A stretch of DNA of 64,000 nt from Candidatus Latescibacterota bacterium (lineage in GTDB: Bacteria > Latescibacterota > UBA2968 > UBA8231), in contig CBDBIJ010000110.1 of NCBI GenBank assembly GCA_965205655.1, positions 35,784 through 99,783 of the forward strand, in the 5' to 3' direction. The notes beneath the pieces are model-generated. The model worked only from the letters and a program-made list of their open reading frames with translations. It was not told the DNA's origin and did no database searches. A program made the translations under genes and the position numbers. Every line of letters starts with the position of its first letter. The stretch's first letter is position 1. Below, one piece after another: positions 45,061 through 53,878 of the stretch.

Positions 45061-45191
45061 TATCAGGGTCGTGAATCCCCAGAGGAAGTTTCCGACAGCC
45101 GTCGCGGCTGCCTCTCCCATTCAACAGCACGACGACTCCCACAGATGGCGATTGCCGATCAGATGGGGGCGATACGAGGAGGAATTCGAGT

Positions 45192-46394
45192 ATGGTATCG
45201 GCAAAAATCGATGCACGCGGCAACGGCAAGGACAAGGAGAAGGCAGTCGAGGAGGCCCTTGCCCAGGTAGAGAAACAATTCGGCAAGGGTGCCATCATGC
45301 GGCTCGGGGAATCTTGTGTGGTGGAGGTGGATGCGATCCCGACGGGGTGCCTTTCCCTCGACGCAGCCCTCGGAATCGGCGGCATACCGCGTGGGCGAAT
45401 CATCGAAATGTTCGGTCCCGAATCAGCCGGCAAGACGATGTGCAGTCTCCATATGGTGGCCGAGGCCCAGAAGCGGGGTGGCATAGCCGCCTTCGTCGAC
45501 GCGGAGCACGCTCTCGATGTGTCATTTGCCCGCAAGCTGGGTGTCGATGTAGAGAATCTGCTCGTCGCGCAACCGGATTCCGGGGAGGAAGCCCTAGAAA
45601 TCACTGATACACTTGTCCATAGCGGGGCCCTCGATATCATCGTGATCGATTCGGTAGCAGCTCTGGTGCCTCGGGCGGAACTCGAGGGTGAGATGGGCGA
45701 CGCCCAGATGGGTCTTCAGGCTCGCCTCATGTCGCAGGCGATGCGCAAGCTGACCGGATCGATTCAGAAATCGAGAACGACCGTCATTTTCATAAATCAG
45801 CTGCGCATGAAGATCGGCGTCGTGTTCGGCAATCCCGAAACCACCACCGGAGGACGAGCTCTGTGTTTCTACGCCTCGGTGCGACTGGACATTCGCAGCA
45901 TCGGCAACATCAAGGATGGCGATGAGGTGATCGGGCGTCGAACGAGGATCAAAGTGGTCAAGAACAAGGTGGCCCCACCATTCAAAGAGGCGGAGTTCGA
46001 CGTTCTCTTTCGGGGGGACGATGCGGGAATTTCCAGGGAAGGCGACCTGCTCGATCTCGGCGTAAACAACCGGATCATCGACAAGAGCGGCACCTGGTTT
46101 TCCTACGGCAGCGAGCGCATCGGGCAGGGACGAGAGAACGCACGTCTCTATTTGCGGGAGAATCCGGAAGTCGCCCAAAGCATCGAGACGGCAGTGCGCG
46201 AAGCCCTCAACATATCTGTCACCCCGCCAACGGCAGGGTCTACGCCAACGGCGGGGCCCGAACCCTCGAAGACGAATCCCGATGCGACTTCGATGGCGGG
46301 CAATGGCGAAAACGCTGCAACCAAGGCGACTCAGCAGAAAGCCGGCTCTCGCCGATCGGCGACCAGGAAAGAGACCGCACTAGCTAAAAACTGA
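45192..46394 (+). CDS. recA: recombinase RecA (with ~50-aa low-complexity C-terminal extension)
   Basis: SD GAGGAGGA. '[15 protein letters not shown]', '[10 protein letters not shown]', '[21 protein letters not shown]', '[22 protein letters not shown]'. Confidence 0.95.
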   Translation: MVSAKIDARGNGKDKEKAVEEALAQVEKQFGKGAIMRLGESCVVEVDAIPTGCLSLDAALGIGGIPRGRIIEMFGPESAGKTMCSLHMVAEAQKRGGIAAFVDAEHALDVSFARKLGVDVENLLVAQPDSGEEALEITDTLVHSGALDIIVIDSVAALVPRAELEGEMGDAQMGLQARLMSQAMRKLTGSIQKSRTTVIFINQLRMKIGVVFGNPETTTGGRALCFYASVRLDIRSIGNIKDGDEVIGRRTRIKVVKNKVAPPFKEAEFDVLFRGDDAGISREGDLLDLGVNNRIIDKSGTWFSYGSERIGQGRENARLYLRENPEVAQSIETAVREALNISVTPPTAGSTPTAGPEPSKTNPDATSMAGNGENAATKATQQKAGSRRSATRKETALAKN

Positions 46395-46470
46395 CCTTCC
46401 TCACCCCACATTCTCTCTCCCCTCTCCTTGCGAGGCGGCCGGCAACGGCCGATCCGGGCTCGCAAAAACA

Positions 46471-46509
46471 AGGGCTGCTCCGACAACGGGAGCGGCCCTT
46501 CACTTTTTA
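46471..46509 (+). terminator. Rho-independent terminator after recA
   Basis: 11-bp stem AGGGCTGCTCC/GGAGCGGCCCT (one G-U pair) followed by TCACTTTTT. Confidence 0.65.
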
Positions 46510-46550
46510 GCGCTCGGTGGATCAATTAGATTAGGGACCGAGGCAGATCA

Positions 46551-46886
46551 ATGGATCCACGTTGGGTTATCAAGAAGGACGAGTGGTCGGAGGAGAGCGC
46601 CAACGCGCTCCAATTCTTCGAAGAGCTGTGGATCCTCTTTACCGTTGAGGAGCTCCTCAGACGCTTCCCCGTCATCCTGGAGTACTACCTCAGAAACGAC
46701 ATCCAGAAACGCGTCGACAGCTCGGCGTTACACACGAGCCAGGCGGATTTTCACATCGAGACCATCGTCAACTACCTGGAGACCTCCGCCGAGGGGGTCT
46801 TCGTCCTCAAGCGTCACCTGACACCGGACATGGTGAAGGACCGAATCATTCTCCTCAGAGCGTTCGAAAACACAGCTGCAGAATGA
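46551..46886 (+). CDS. hypothetical protein (111 aa) in the position where recX is often found
   Basis: GC3-rich ORF with GAGG 8 nt upstream. No family recognised and not RecX-like by eye. Confidence 0.45.
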   Translation: MDPRWVIKKDEWSEESANALQFFEELWILFTVEELLRRFPVILEYYLRNDIQKRVDSSALHTSQADFHIETIVNYLETSAEGVFVLKRHLTPDMVKDRIILLRAFENTAAE

Positions 46887-47050
46887 CTAGAGAGCGATCG
46901 GCTAGATAGACCCATGGCCCGGCTCTCATGGTCCCCCCCTTCCTTAGCTGCCTGCCTTTTTCCTCTTCGGATCCTGCCCCCTCCTGTTGAACGCAGCCGC
47001 GGCGGCCCGTTCGGACTCGAGTAAAGTCTGGTCCGGCAAGCGGTTGCCCA

Positions 47051-47090
47051 AATAAAAGAAAGCGCCTGCGGGGAGCGCAGGCGCTTTCTT
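47051..47090 (-). terminator. Rho-independent terminator of hsp20
   Basis: 13-bp stem GAAAGCGCCTGCG/CGCAGGCGCTTTC with a 5-nt loop, followed on the minus strand by TTTTATTT. Confidence 0.7.
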
Positions 47091-47112
47091 CTGCTTCAGC
47101 GTGACCGAGTTA

Positions 47113-47544
47113 TTAGCTGGCAATTACCGCGATCTGCTTGGTCCTGGCGTTCTCGGCCTTTGGCAGCGTCACGTTCAGCACGCCATCACCGTAGGAGGCC
47201 GAAATCGCCCCGGCCTCCACCAGGCCGGGGAGCTGAAAGCTTCTGGTGAAGGCGCCGTAGGATCGCTCGACGCGGCGCAGGTGCTTCTCTTCCGTCTCGC
47301 TTTCCCGTTTCTTTTCACCGGCGATCGTGAGAGATCCGTCGGCGACGGTAACGCTCACTTCCTCCGGTTTCAGGCCGGGTAGCTCCGCGGAAACGACGAT
47401 CTCCTCATCGGTTTCCGAGACATCGACGGAGGGCGCCCAAGCGGTCTGAAAACGCTTCCCGGATGTCGGCGCGCCCCAGAAACTGTCGAGGACGCGGCTC
47501 AGGTCGAAGACCTCGTTTGGGGGTTGCCAGCGAATGAGTGCCAT
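47113..47544 (-). CDS. Hsp20/alpha-crystallin small heat-shock protein
   Basis: Start at 'MALIRWQP' with SD AAAGGAG. 'PSVDVSETDEEIVVSAELPGLKPEEVSVTV..LTIAGEKK....RSYGAFTRSFQLP..V....ISASYGDGVLNVTLPK'. Confidence 0.9.
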   Translation of the reverse strand: MALIRWQPPNEVFDLSRVLDSFWGAPTSGKRFQTAWAPSVDVSETDEEIVVSAELPGLKPEEVSVTVADGSLTIAGEKKRESETEEKHLRRVERSYGAFTRSFQLPGLVEAGAISASYGDGVLNVTLPKAENARTKQIAVIAS

Positions 47545-47604
47545 GATCGACTCCTTTCGTTTAGACGATGCGTATGGTGTTGTTGAGTGTCGATGGCGGA
47601 AGGA

Positions 47605-47619
47605 TCGCAAAGGCTGTGC
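47605..47619 (-). promoter_or_regulatory. sigma54 (-24/-12) promoter TGGCAC-N5-TTGC upstream of hsp20
   Basis: Minus strand gcgcTGGCACagcctTTGCgat. The GG and GC dinucleotides have the canonical spacing. 62 nt lie between the TTGC and the ATG. Confidence 0.55.
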
Positions 47620-47662
47620 CAGCGCCTTTCAGAGGGACTTCCATGGTTCGGGTCCGTGCTAT

Positions 47663-47677
47663 GACTGCCATAATGGC
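47663..47677. promoter_or_regulatory. palindrome CTGCCAT-a-ATGGCAG, candidate enhancer-binding-protein site
   Basis: Perfect 7+7 inverted repeat ~50 bp upstream of the -24 element. The half-site ACTGCCAT recurs at 47713-47720. Confidence 0.3.
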
Positions 47678-48236
47678 AGCGTTCCGTGTAGATCAACCCA
47701 TGAATCGACAGCGAACTGCCATTTTGTCCTCATGGCGCGGTGACGGATTCTGGTAACATCCACACCCCACCGTTCGGGCGGGATTGATGCTGATTGAGAG
47801 GTTTGCGGGCTGGTCGCGGTCGGTCGAGTGATCAGCGTAGCCGGAGGAACGGAGGCGGCTACTCCTCTTCCTGTACAGGGCCGCGCGTGTGGGACGGATC
47901 AATTTCCCTCTCGCGGCATCTCTCAACTGCTGTCGATGGTCGACCTCGTCCTTGAGCCCCCTTCAGATCCTGCGTCAACCTGCTATTCTTGCCAAGACTA
48001 TGAAGGAGAGTCTCCATGGCAGTCATTCTACCGAGGAGTTAGGTGAATTCCAACCCCTATTTCCTCGCAGTCAGTACTTGTACGGACACCGAAGCCGTGT
48101 TGAGAGGTCCTGATCAAATTGCTACTTTGGGCGTTCCCGAGGCGAGGCCGTTGTCGCAGTGGTAGTCCAGGTGCGCGTGAGAAAGCCCCGGAAAGCGTGC
48201 ATCCATTTCCAGGGCTTCTCGTGCGGATATTAAAAA

Positions 48237-48313
48237 TGGTGGGCGATACTAGATTTGAACTAGTGACCTCCTGCATGTCAAGCAGGCACTCTAACCAACT
48301 GAGCTAATCGCCC
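48237..48313 (-). tRNA. tRNA-Val(GAC), CCA encoded
   Basis: Reverse complement GGGCGATTAGCTCAGTTGGTTAGAGTGCCTGCTTGACATGCAGGAGGTCACTAGTTCAAATCTAGTATCGCCCACCA. Confidence 0.9.
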
Positions 48314-48338
48314 GGCGCGAGAAAATCTATCCTCGCCG

Positions 48339-48800
48339 ATGACCAGGGTCAACAGCGTGCGTGCATCCTTGAAGATCTCCGTCGTCTCGTATCAGAAACA
48401 CGCCCGCTCCGATTGCGAAGAGGCGGCGGCCGAGTACATCAAACGAGTGAGCCCGCATGCGGAGATCGAGCTTCACTCGATTCGCAAATGGACCTCGGCG
48501 ACAGGAGTGCCGGAGAAACTGCTGCAGAGGGGACGGCTGATAGGTCTGTTCGTTGACGGAACTGCCTTTACGTCAGAAAACATGGCGCAGCGGCTGCAGG
48601 AGCTTATGAACAGCGGCCACTCCCGCCTCGTCTTCCTCATCGGGGGTGCGGAGGGTATGCCAGAAAAGGCCGCGCAGCAGGTCCATGAGCGCTGGTCGCT
48701 GTCGAAGCTCACCTTTTCACATCAGATGGCCAAACTCATTCTCCTCGAGGCTCTTTATCGCTCTTTCGATATCCTGCACGGGGGCAACTACCACAAATAG
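48339..48800 (+). CDS. rlmH: 23S rRNA (pseudouridine1915-N3)-methyltransferase RlmH
   Basis: 'LVFLIGGAEGMP...WSLSKLTFSHQMAKLILLEALYRSFDILHGGNYHK'. The true start is possibly TTG 48369 ('LKISVVSYQK'). Confidence 0.85.
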   Translation: MTRVNSVRASLKISVVSYQKHARSDCEEAAAEYIKRVSPHAEIELHSIRKWTSATGVPEKLLQRGRLIGLFVDGTAFTSENMAQRLQELMNSGHSRLVFLIGGAEGMPEKAAQQVHERWSLSKLTFSHQMAKLILLEALYRSFDILHGGNYHK

Positions 48801-48826
48801 GCGTCGAGACTGAACGGTCGCGGCGT

Positions 48827-48861
48827 CTGAGGCCTCACCTGCAGCAGCTGTGAGGCCTCAG
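48827..48861. terminator. perfect 12-bp hairpin between convergent rlmH and carboxypeptidase genes
   Basis: CTGAGGCCTCAC-11 nt-GTGAGGCCTCAG. No clear U-tract. It overlaps the stop codon at 48858. Confidence 0.35.
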
Positions 48862-50033
48862 AAGTAGCTCAGAACCATCTCCCAGAGGCTCATTCGAGTC
48901 ACTGCCTTCTCGGCGACGAGGTCGACCTGAGCGAGAATGCTGTCGCCGATGCTGACTTTCAGCAGGCCGAGCTTTTGACCCTTTTCGATTGGCGCGGGAT
49001 GCTCGGCCGGCAGTTCGACGCTCCGCGTCAGCAGTTGCCGCTGCCGTGTCGTAAGTACGGCTATGACTGAATCTGAAGTGACCGCCGTGGCCTCCGGTTC
49101 CACGCCCCACTCCAACGCCACGTGCCCGAGGGGCTCGCCCGCTCGGACGAGATCGACTTTGGAAAAGTGGTTGAACCCCCAGATCAGTAACCGGGCACTT
49201 TCCCGATCGCGCGTCTTTTCGTTTGGACAGCCCATCATTGCGGAGATGAGGCGCATATCGCCCCGTCTGGCCGTAGCGACCAGACAGTAGCCGGCGCGCT
49301 CGGTGTATCCCGTTTTCAGTCCGTCGAGCCCCTGGAATCTGCCGAGAAGCTTGTTTCTGTTGTAGAGATCGAACTCGCCGTTGCGAAATGTCGTGTAGCG
49401 GACTGACGACCATGCGACAATGCGTTCGTGGTCGACAGCCGCACGGGCAATCATGGTGAGGTCACGCGCCGAGGAAAAGTTGCCGCTTGCCCTCGGTGTG
49501 TCGTCCAGTCCGTGGACGTTCACGCAGCGGGTGTTCTCGAGACCGAGGAGTTCGGCCTTGCTGTTCATCAGGTCAACGAATCCGTCCACCGAACCGCCTA
49601 GGTGCTCCGCCACGGCGACGCAGGCATCATTCGCGGACTGGATGACGATAGCCTCCATCATTTCGCCGAGCGTGAAGATCTCTCCGTGTCTCAGGTACAC
49701 CTGCGATCCGCCGATTCGACTGGCCCACGCCGAGGTCAGCACGGAGTCCGACAGGGAATACCGCCCGTCGGCGACGGCGTCCATGACGACGAGTTGGAGA
49801 AGGAGTTTCTGAGTGCTGGCAGGCGAGCGACGGGCATCCGCATCGTGCTGAAAAAGGACGGACCCCATCTCGTCCTCGATCAGAATGGCAGAAGCGAACT
49901 TCGGATCGTCGCCCACCTTGAAGGTAACGGCGCCGAGGGGAGGCGGGGTTGAGAGCAGGCTACTGGAGATACCACACGCGGTGAGAAGAAGGCGGGCGTG
50001 GGTCTTGGCGGGGCAGTTCAACGATCGCGGCAC
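48858..50033 (-). CDS. D-alanyl-D-alanine carboxypeptidase (PBP5/6, S11 family)
   Basis: 'SPASTQKLL' (SxxK), 'QSANDA' (SxN), 'LKTGYTERAG' (KTG). Signal peptide present. Confidence 0.85.
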   Translation of the reverse strand: MPRSLNCPAKTHARLLLTACGISSSLLSTPPPLGAVTFKVGDDPKFASAILIEDEMGSVLFQHDADARRSPASTQKLLLQLVVMDAVADGRYSLSDSVLTSAWASRIGGSQVYLRHGEIFTLGEMMEAIVIQSANDACVAVAEHLGGSVDGFVDLMNSKAELLGLENTRCVNVHGLDDTPRASGNFSSARDLTMIARAAVDHERIVAWSSVRYTTFRNGEFDLYNRNKLLGRFQGLDGLKTGYTERAGYCLVATARRGDMRLISAMMGCPNEKTRDRESARLLIWGFNHFSKVDLVRAGEPLGHVALEWGVEPEATAVTSDSVIAVLTTRQRQLLTRSVELPAEHPAPIEKGQKLGLLKVSIGDSILAQVDLVAEKAVTRMSLWEMVLSYF

Positions 50034-50038
50034 CCGTG

Positions 50039-50632
50039 TCAGTTCAGTGACGGATCTTCGGGAATGAAAGACATGGGCGCGTATTTACCCCCGAGTGAGT
50101 GGAGGGCCTCGTGCCACACCTGGCCGGGCTCCTCCGAGAACACCTGTTCCACATCGCCCGGGCAGAGCACCCACGCTCCTAGCGCGATCTCGGCTTCGAG
50201 CTGGCCCGGCGACCAGTCCGCGTATCCCAGATAGAACCGCAGCTGGGCTTTGTCCGAATCGGAGGCAGAGGTGTGCTCGCGCAGCGCGTCCAGGTCACCG
50301 CCGGCATAGAGTCCGTCACAAATCTGGGTGCTCTTCTCGCCGAGTTGGTCGACCCTGTGCAGAAAGATGAGCGACCCCGGATCTACTGGTCCCCCCTGAA
50401 AAAACATCCCGCTCAGTGTGCCTCCGCTCTCCTTAAGCCCCTTCGTAAGATTCTGCAGCTCATCGCTCGAATAGAGATTGGCACGCTCTCCCAGAGGCCT
50501 GTTGATGATGACGCCGAGGGTGTACTCGTCCGGCACGTGCTGCAACAGGAGAACGACGGTGCGGGTGAACGTTTCTTCCTCGAGGCCGAGCGAGGCGATG
50601 AGAAACGTTCCGGGCTCGAGTGCTGCGGGCAT
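50039..50632 (-). CDS. YqgE/AlgH-family protein (UPF0301)
   Basis: Start at 'MPAALEPGTFLIASLGLEEETFTRTVVLLLQH..EYTLGVIINRPLG'. The upstream part of the ORF-track ORF is an artefact. Confidence 0.8.
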   Translation of the reverse strand: MPAALEPGTFLIASLGLEEETFTRTVVLLLQHVPDEYTLGVIINRPLGERANLYSSDELQNLTKGLKESGGTLSGMFFQGGPVDPGSLIFLHRVDQLGEKSTQICDGLYAGGDLDALREHTSASDSDKAQLRFYLGYADWSPGQLEAEIALGAWVLCPGDVEQVFSEEPGQVWHEALHSLGGKYAPMSFIPEDPSLN

Positions 50633-50729
50633 GGGACTCCTCGATGGTTGAGACTCTGGCGGCCTTTCTGCGCGGGTGACGAAGATAAAGTACGCGTGCA
50701 GGCATTCAAAGAGGGGGCAACGTCTACTG

Positions 50730-51905
50730 TCAATAGAGTAGGTGCCTGCCGCGCAGGTCCATGAACGGCCGGCGCTCGGCCTCCCATTCGAGCGCCAGGT
50801 CGGCGACTTCCGCCCCCGCGTCGAGGGCCAACCGGATTCGGTCCGTTCCTGCGAGCTTGTCGAAATTGTGGATCCCCTCTTCGGGAATGCGCCAGGCAAA
50901 ATGCTCCGGCCACCTGCGTTTTACGGCGGCCACCGCCTCGAAGCCGGTAGTCACCGGGAGGAAATTCGTCCGGTCGACAACGTGGAGCTGAGCGCCGCCA
51001 CACGACTGGCCCTCGTACTTGCCGAAGGCAGGCACGAACCGCACAGGACGAAAAGCAGCTCCGGGCAACAGCAGACTGTTCAGTTCGTCGGCGAGGCGGA
51101 ATCCGTCAATGAATGGAGCTCCGACCTGCTCGAAGGGACGCGCCGTGCCGCGTCCTTCGGAAATGTTTGTTCCCTCGAAGAAGCACATACCCGGATACAC
51201 GACGGCAGTCTCTACACTGGGCATGTTTGGTGATGGCGGCACCCACTCGAGGTGAGTCTCCTCCCAGAAGCAGTCTCGCCTCCAGCCCGCCATTTCCACG
51301 ACGTTGAGATCGGCCTCGACTCCGGCGTCTTCGTTCAACAACCGGGCCAGCTCGCCCAGCGTCATGCCGTAGCGAACCGGGATTGGATGGATGCCGACAA
51401 AGGATGCGAACGCGGGATCGAGAACGTTACCCTCGACGGCCGCGCCGATCGGGTTCGGTCGATCGAGGATGACGAAGGGGATCGCTCTCTCAGCGCAGGC
51501 CTTCATGGCCAGATAGATGGTAGATACGTATGTGTAAAAGCGAACGCCCACATCCTGGATGTCGCAGACGACAACGTCGAGCTCTCGCAGCATGGCGTCG
51601 CCTGGCTGCCGCACCAGCCCGTAGAGGCTGTAGACGGGTACTCCGGAACCCGCGTCGCGCTCGGTGTCGACCCTCACACCGTCCTCGGAATCACCCCGGA
51701 AGCCGTGCTCCGGTCCGAACAGCGCACGCAACTCCACGCCCGACGTGCGGTGCATTCGGTCGGCTGTCCGTTCCATGTTCGAATTCACACCGGATTGATT
51801 GGTAATGAGGCCCACCCGCTTTCCTTCTACCAAGTGGAAAACCTCATCGAAGAGCCGCTCGTTCCCCAGCTGTATCGGCACGCGAGAGAGGGGTGAGTGG
51901 TTCAA
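50730..51905 (-). CDS. DUF1343-family protein (NamZ-like exo-beta-N-acetylmuramidase family)
   Basis: 'GKRVGLITNQSGV', 'LFGPEHGFRGD', 'VCDIQDVGVRFYTYVST', 'FVILDRPNP'. Confidence 0.85.
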   Translation of the reverse strand: MNHSPLSRVPIQLGNERLFDEVFHLVEGKRVGLITNQSGVNSNMERTADRMHRTSGVELRALFGPEHGFRGDSEDGVRVDTERDAGSGVPVYSLYGLVRQPGDAMLRELDVVVCDIQDVGVRFYTYVSTIYLAMKACAERAIPFVILDRPNPIGAAVEGNVLDPAFASFVGIHPIPVRYGMTLGELARLLNEDAGVEADLNVVEMAGWRRDCFWEETHLEWVPPSPNMPSVETAVVYPGMCFFEGTNISEGRGTARPFEQVGAPFIDGFRLADELNSLLLPGAAFRPVRFVPAFGKYEGQSCGGAQLHVVDRTNFLPVTTGFEAVAAVKRRWPEHFAWRIPEEGIHNFDKLAGTDRIRLALDAGAEVADLALEWEAERRPFMDLRGRHLLY

Positions 51906-52504
51906 GGGTGATGCGAGGCAGTGCGCTCTACTCGCCGCATGACAAAGGCGATGCCCCCGAGAAGGCTGGCGATGATTCCGGCTGCGTAGCCGAGCAGCGA
52001 CATGGCCAATGCGGCGCTTTCAACCGATCCGATGGAGCTGAAAAGCTCCACCATGATGTTCTCTCTCACACCGAGGCCGCCGATGGAGATCGGCAGCGCC
52101 GCAATGACGGCGGCCACGGGTTGGAAGGCGACGAAGAAGACGACTTTCACCTGTAGCCCGACGGCCAAACCCGCCGTCCAGTAAACGAGTATGCGGCAGA
52201 GCTGAACACCGAGTGAAACCGCCCAGGCGCAAACGAGCAGAGGGACTCGATGCCGGTATAGGACGATGCTGCGGCGCAGGCGAGAGACGAGCTCGGCGAT
52301 AAAAGCTGGGAGCAAGGGAACGATGAGGCGGTCCTCCAGAAAGGTGCCGGCCCGCCGGCTCAATCCCATGGCCAACAGCAGGACGAGGCCGAGCCATACC
52401 GGAAACAGGGCGGTCACGAGCTGGGAATCCCTGACCTGGCAGACGCACACATAGGCTATCAGCGCCAGAGTGCAGGTTGAAAAAAGCCCGATGAATCGAT
52501 CCAC
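51902..52504 (-). CDS. UPF0104 (LPG-synthase-TM / flippase-like) membrane protein, C-terminal segment after a frame change
   Basis: Multi-TM 'VDRFIGLFSTCTLALIAY...ALPISIGGLGVRE'. It continues the N-terminal segment from another frame. Confidence 0.7.
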   Translation of the reverse strand: MDRFIGLFSTCTLALIAYVCVCQVRDSQLVTALFPVWLGLVLLLAMGLSRRAGTFLEDRLIVPLLPAFIAELVSRLRRSIVLYRHRVPLLVCAWAVSLGVQLCRILVYWTAGLAVGLQVKVVFFVAFQPVAAVIAALPISIGGLGVRENIMVELFSSIGSVESAALAMSLLGYAAGIIASLLGGIAFVMRRVERTASHHP

Positions 52505-52838
52505 GAACGTCGCCGGTCAGACGTTTCACGTCGTAGATCCTGAGCGCGTCGCCGCCGATGTTGCCGAGCAGGACGTTGTTGAAGAACACGCCGATCCAGT
52601 AGAACACGAGACTCTGGCGAAAGCTGATCTTCAGCGTCTGACCCCGCAGCAGCAGGTGCCACTGGACAGCGCCGAGGGCGTTGCTGAGCGCGAAGAGCAG
52701 GACCGCCACGGCGAAGAGACCGATGTCGGTGGCGGCGAAGGCGTCGCCGAAGCCCTCGAGATCGGCCTTTGACAACAGGTACCACAGGAAACCGGCACTG
52801 ACTGCGATCTTCAGTCCGACGTTCGCTGCGGCCCTCAT
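52020..52838 (-). CDS. UPF0104 membrane protein, N-terminal segment (authentic frame only ~52515-52838)
   Basis: 'KIAVSAGFLWYLL...VFFNNVLLGNIGGDALRIYDVKRL', then Arg/Pro-rich out-of-frame text. Confidence 0.7.
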   Translation of the reverse strand: MRAAANVGLKIAVSAGFLWYLLSKADLEGFGDAFAATDIGLFAVAVLLFALSNALGAVQWHLLLRGQTLKISFRQSLVFYWIGVFFNNVLLGNIGGDALRIYDVKRLTGDVRGSIHRAFFNLHSGADSLCVRLPGQGFPARDRPVSGMARPRPAVGHGIEPAGRHLSGGPPHRSLAPSFYRRARLSPAPQHRPIPASSPSARLRLGGFTRCSALPHTRLLDGGFGRRATGESRLLRRLPTRGRRHCGAADLHRRPRCEREHHGGAFQLHRIG

Positions 52839-53878
52839 TGGGTCGCGTCCTTCCCCATGATCGAGACTGCCGTCCGCCTACGAAAGACAAAGTACTGGAG
52901 CAGAATGCTCCCGGCGTAGATGCCCTCCGTATTGCGATCAGCGCTGGCTCGCGCCAGGGCTCTGCTCGCCCGCCGGCGGCGGTGCAGATTGGCCGGATGA
53001 GTGAGAAACCATAGGAACGACGCCAGTGGCGCCGGTACCAACCTCCACGAACCGCTGGCGAGGTAGAGCACAGCCGACAGAAACTCCAAGCAGAGGCGGA
53101 GCGGCAGCAACCACACGAGTCGCGCTGCAGGCAGGTTCTTGTATAGCATGACCAGGTTGTTGCGGTGGTTGAGGTAGGACTTGGTGTAGCTATGAGACGG
53201 CAGCGAAAAACCCGAGTGGTGGATGACGACGGAGTTGGGCACCGCCATGATTCGGTAGCCTGCCAGACGCAGCCGCCAGCACAGATCGATCTCCTCGAAA
53301 TGCATGAAGAAGCCGAGATCGAGCAGGCCGACCTCGCGCGCTGCCGCGACGCGCAGAAAGAGAGCGGAGCCGCAGGCCCAGAACAGAGGAACTGGCTCGT
53401 CGTACTGTCTTTCGTCGGCCTCGAGGTAATCGAAGACGCGCCCGCGACAGAAAGTGTAACCGAGGCGGTCGATATGGCCTCCGCCGGCACCGCTGTAGTC
53501 GAACATGCCTGTCTGACTGGCGGACAAAAGTTTAGGCTGGCACGCGGCGACCGTGGGGTCGGCCTCCGCCATCTCCACGAGCGGTCGCAGCCAGTCGGAG
53601 GTGACCCTCGTGTCGTCGTTGAGCAGCACGGCGTAGCGCGTTGACGTTTCGGCAAGGCCGCGGTTGCAAGCCTGACTGAAGCCGAGGTTGCGCTCATTTC
53701 TGATGACCTCTACCTCGGGGAACTGCTCTCGCGCGGCGCGAAGGCTCGGCGCATCAGGGCCATTGTCGACGACGATGACGCGGATGGGCGAGCCGCTGTG
53801 CTCGAAGAGGGATTCGAGGCAGTCGACGAGTATCTCGGCACTCAGGTGAGGGATGATGATCGTGACGGGTTCGCTCAC
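52835..53878 (-). CDS. family-2 glycosyltransferase with C-terminal membrane segment
   Basis: 'VTIIIPHLS...VIVVDNG...NLGFSQACNRG...LLNDDT...FEEIDLCWRLRLAGY'. GTGA overlap with the upstream gene and ATGA overlap with the downstream gene. Confidence 0.85.
   Translation of the reverse strand: MSEPVTIIIPHLSAEILVDCLESLFEHSGSPIRVIVVDNGPDAPSLRAAREQFPEVEVIRNERNLGFSQACNRGLAETSTRYAVLLNDDTRVTSDWLRPLVEMAEADPTVAACQPKLLSASQTGMFDYSGAGGGHIDRLGYTFCRGRVFDYLEADERQYDEPVPLFWACGSALFLRVAAAREVGLLDLGFFMHFEEIDLCWRLRLAGYRIMAVPNSVVIHHSGFSLPSHSYTKSYLNHRNNLVMLYKNLPAARLVWLLPLRLCLEFLSAVLYLASGSWRLVPAPLASFLWFLTHPANLHRRRRASRALARASADRNTEGIYAGSILLQYFVFRRRTAVSIMGKDATQ

Noticed and set aside
44743-45191. Canonical LexA/SOS boxes (CTGT-N8-ACAG, GAAC-N4-GTTC) upstream of recA, the uvrA fusion and recQ.
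   Set aside because: None was found by eye. Only the non-canonical inverted repeat reported in the findings is present.
47611-48236. tmRNA, SRP RNA, 6S RNA or a riboswitch in the long intergenic regions (47611-48236, 35776-36493, 40433-40856, 44743-45191).
   Set aside because: I could not find the diagnostic motifs: a tRNA-Ala-like TTCGAATCC...CCACCA end for tmRNA, GGAAGGAAGCAGCC for SRP, or riboswitch cores. Absence by eye is weak evidence. An Rfam scan is still recommended.
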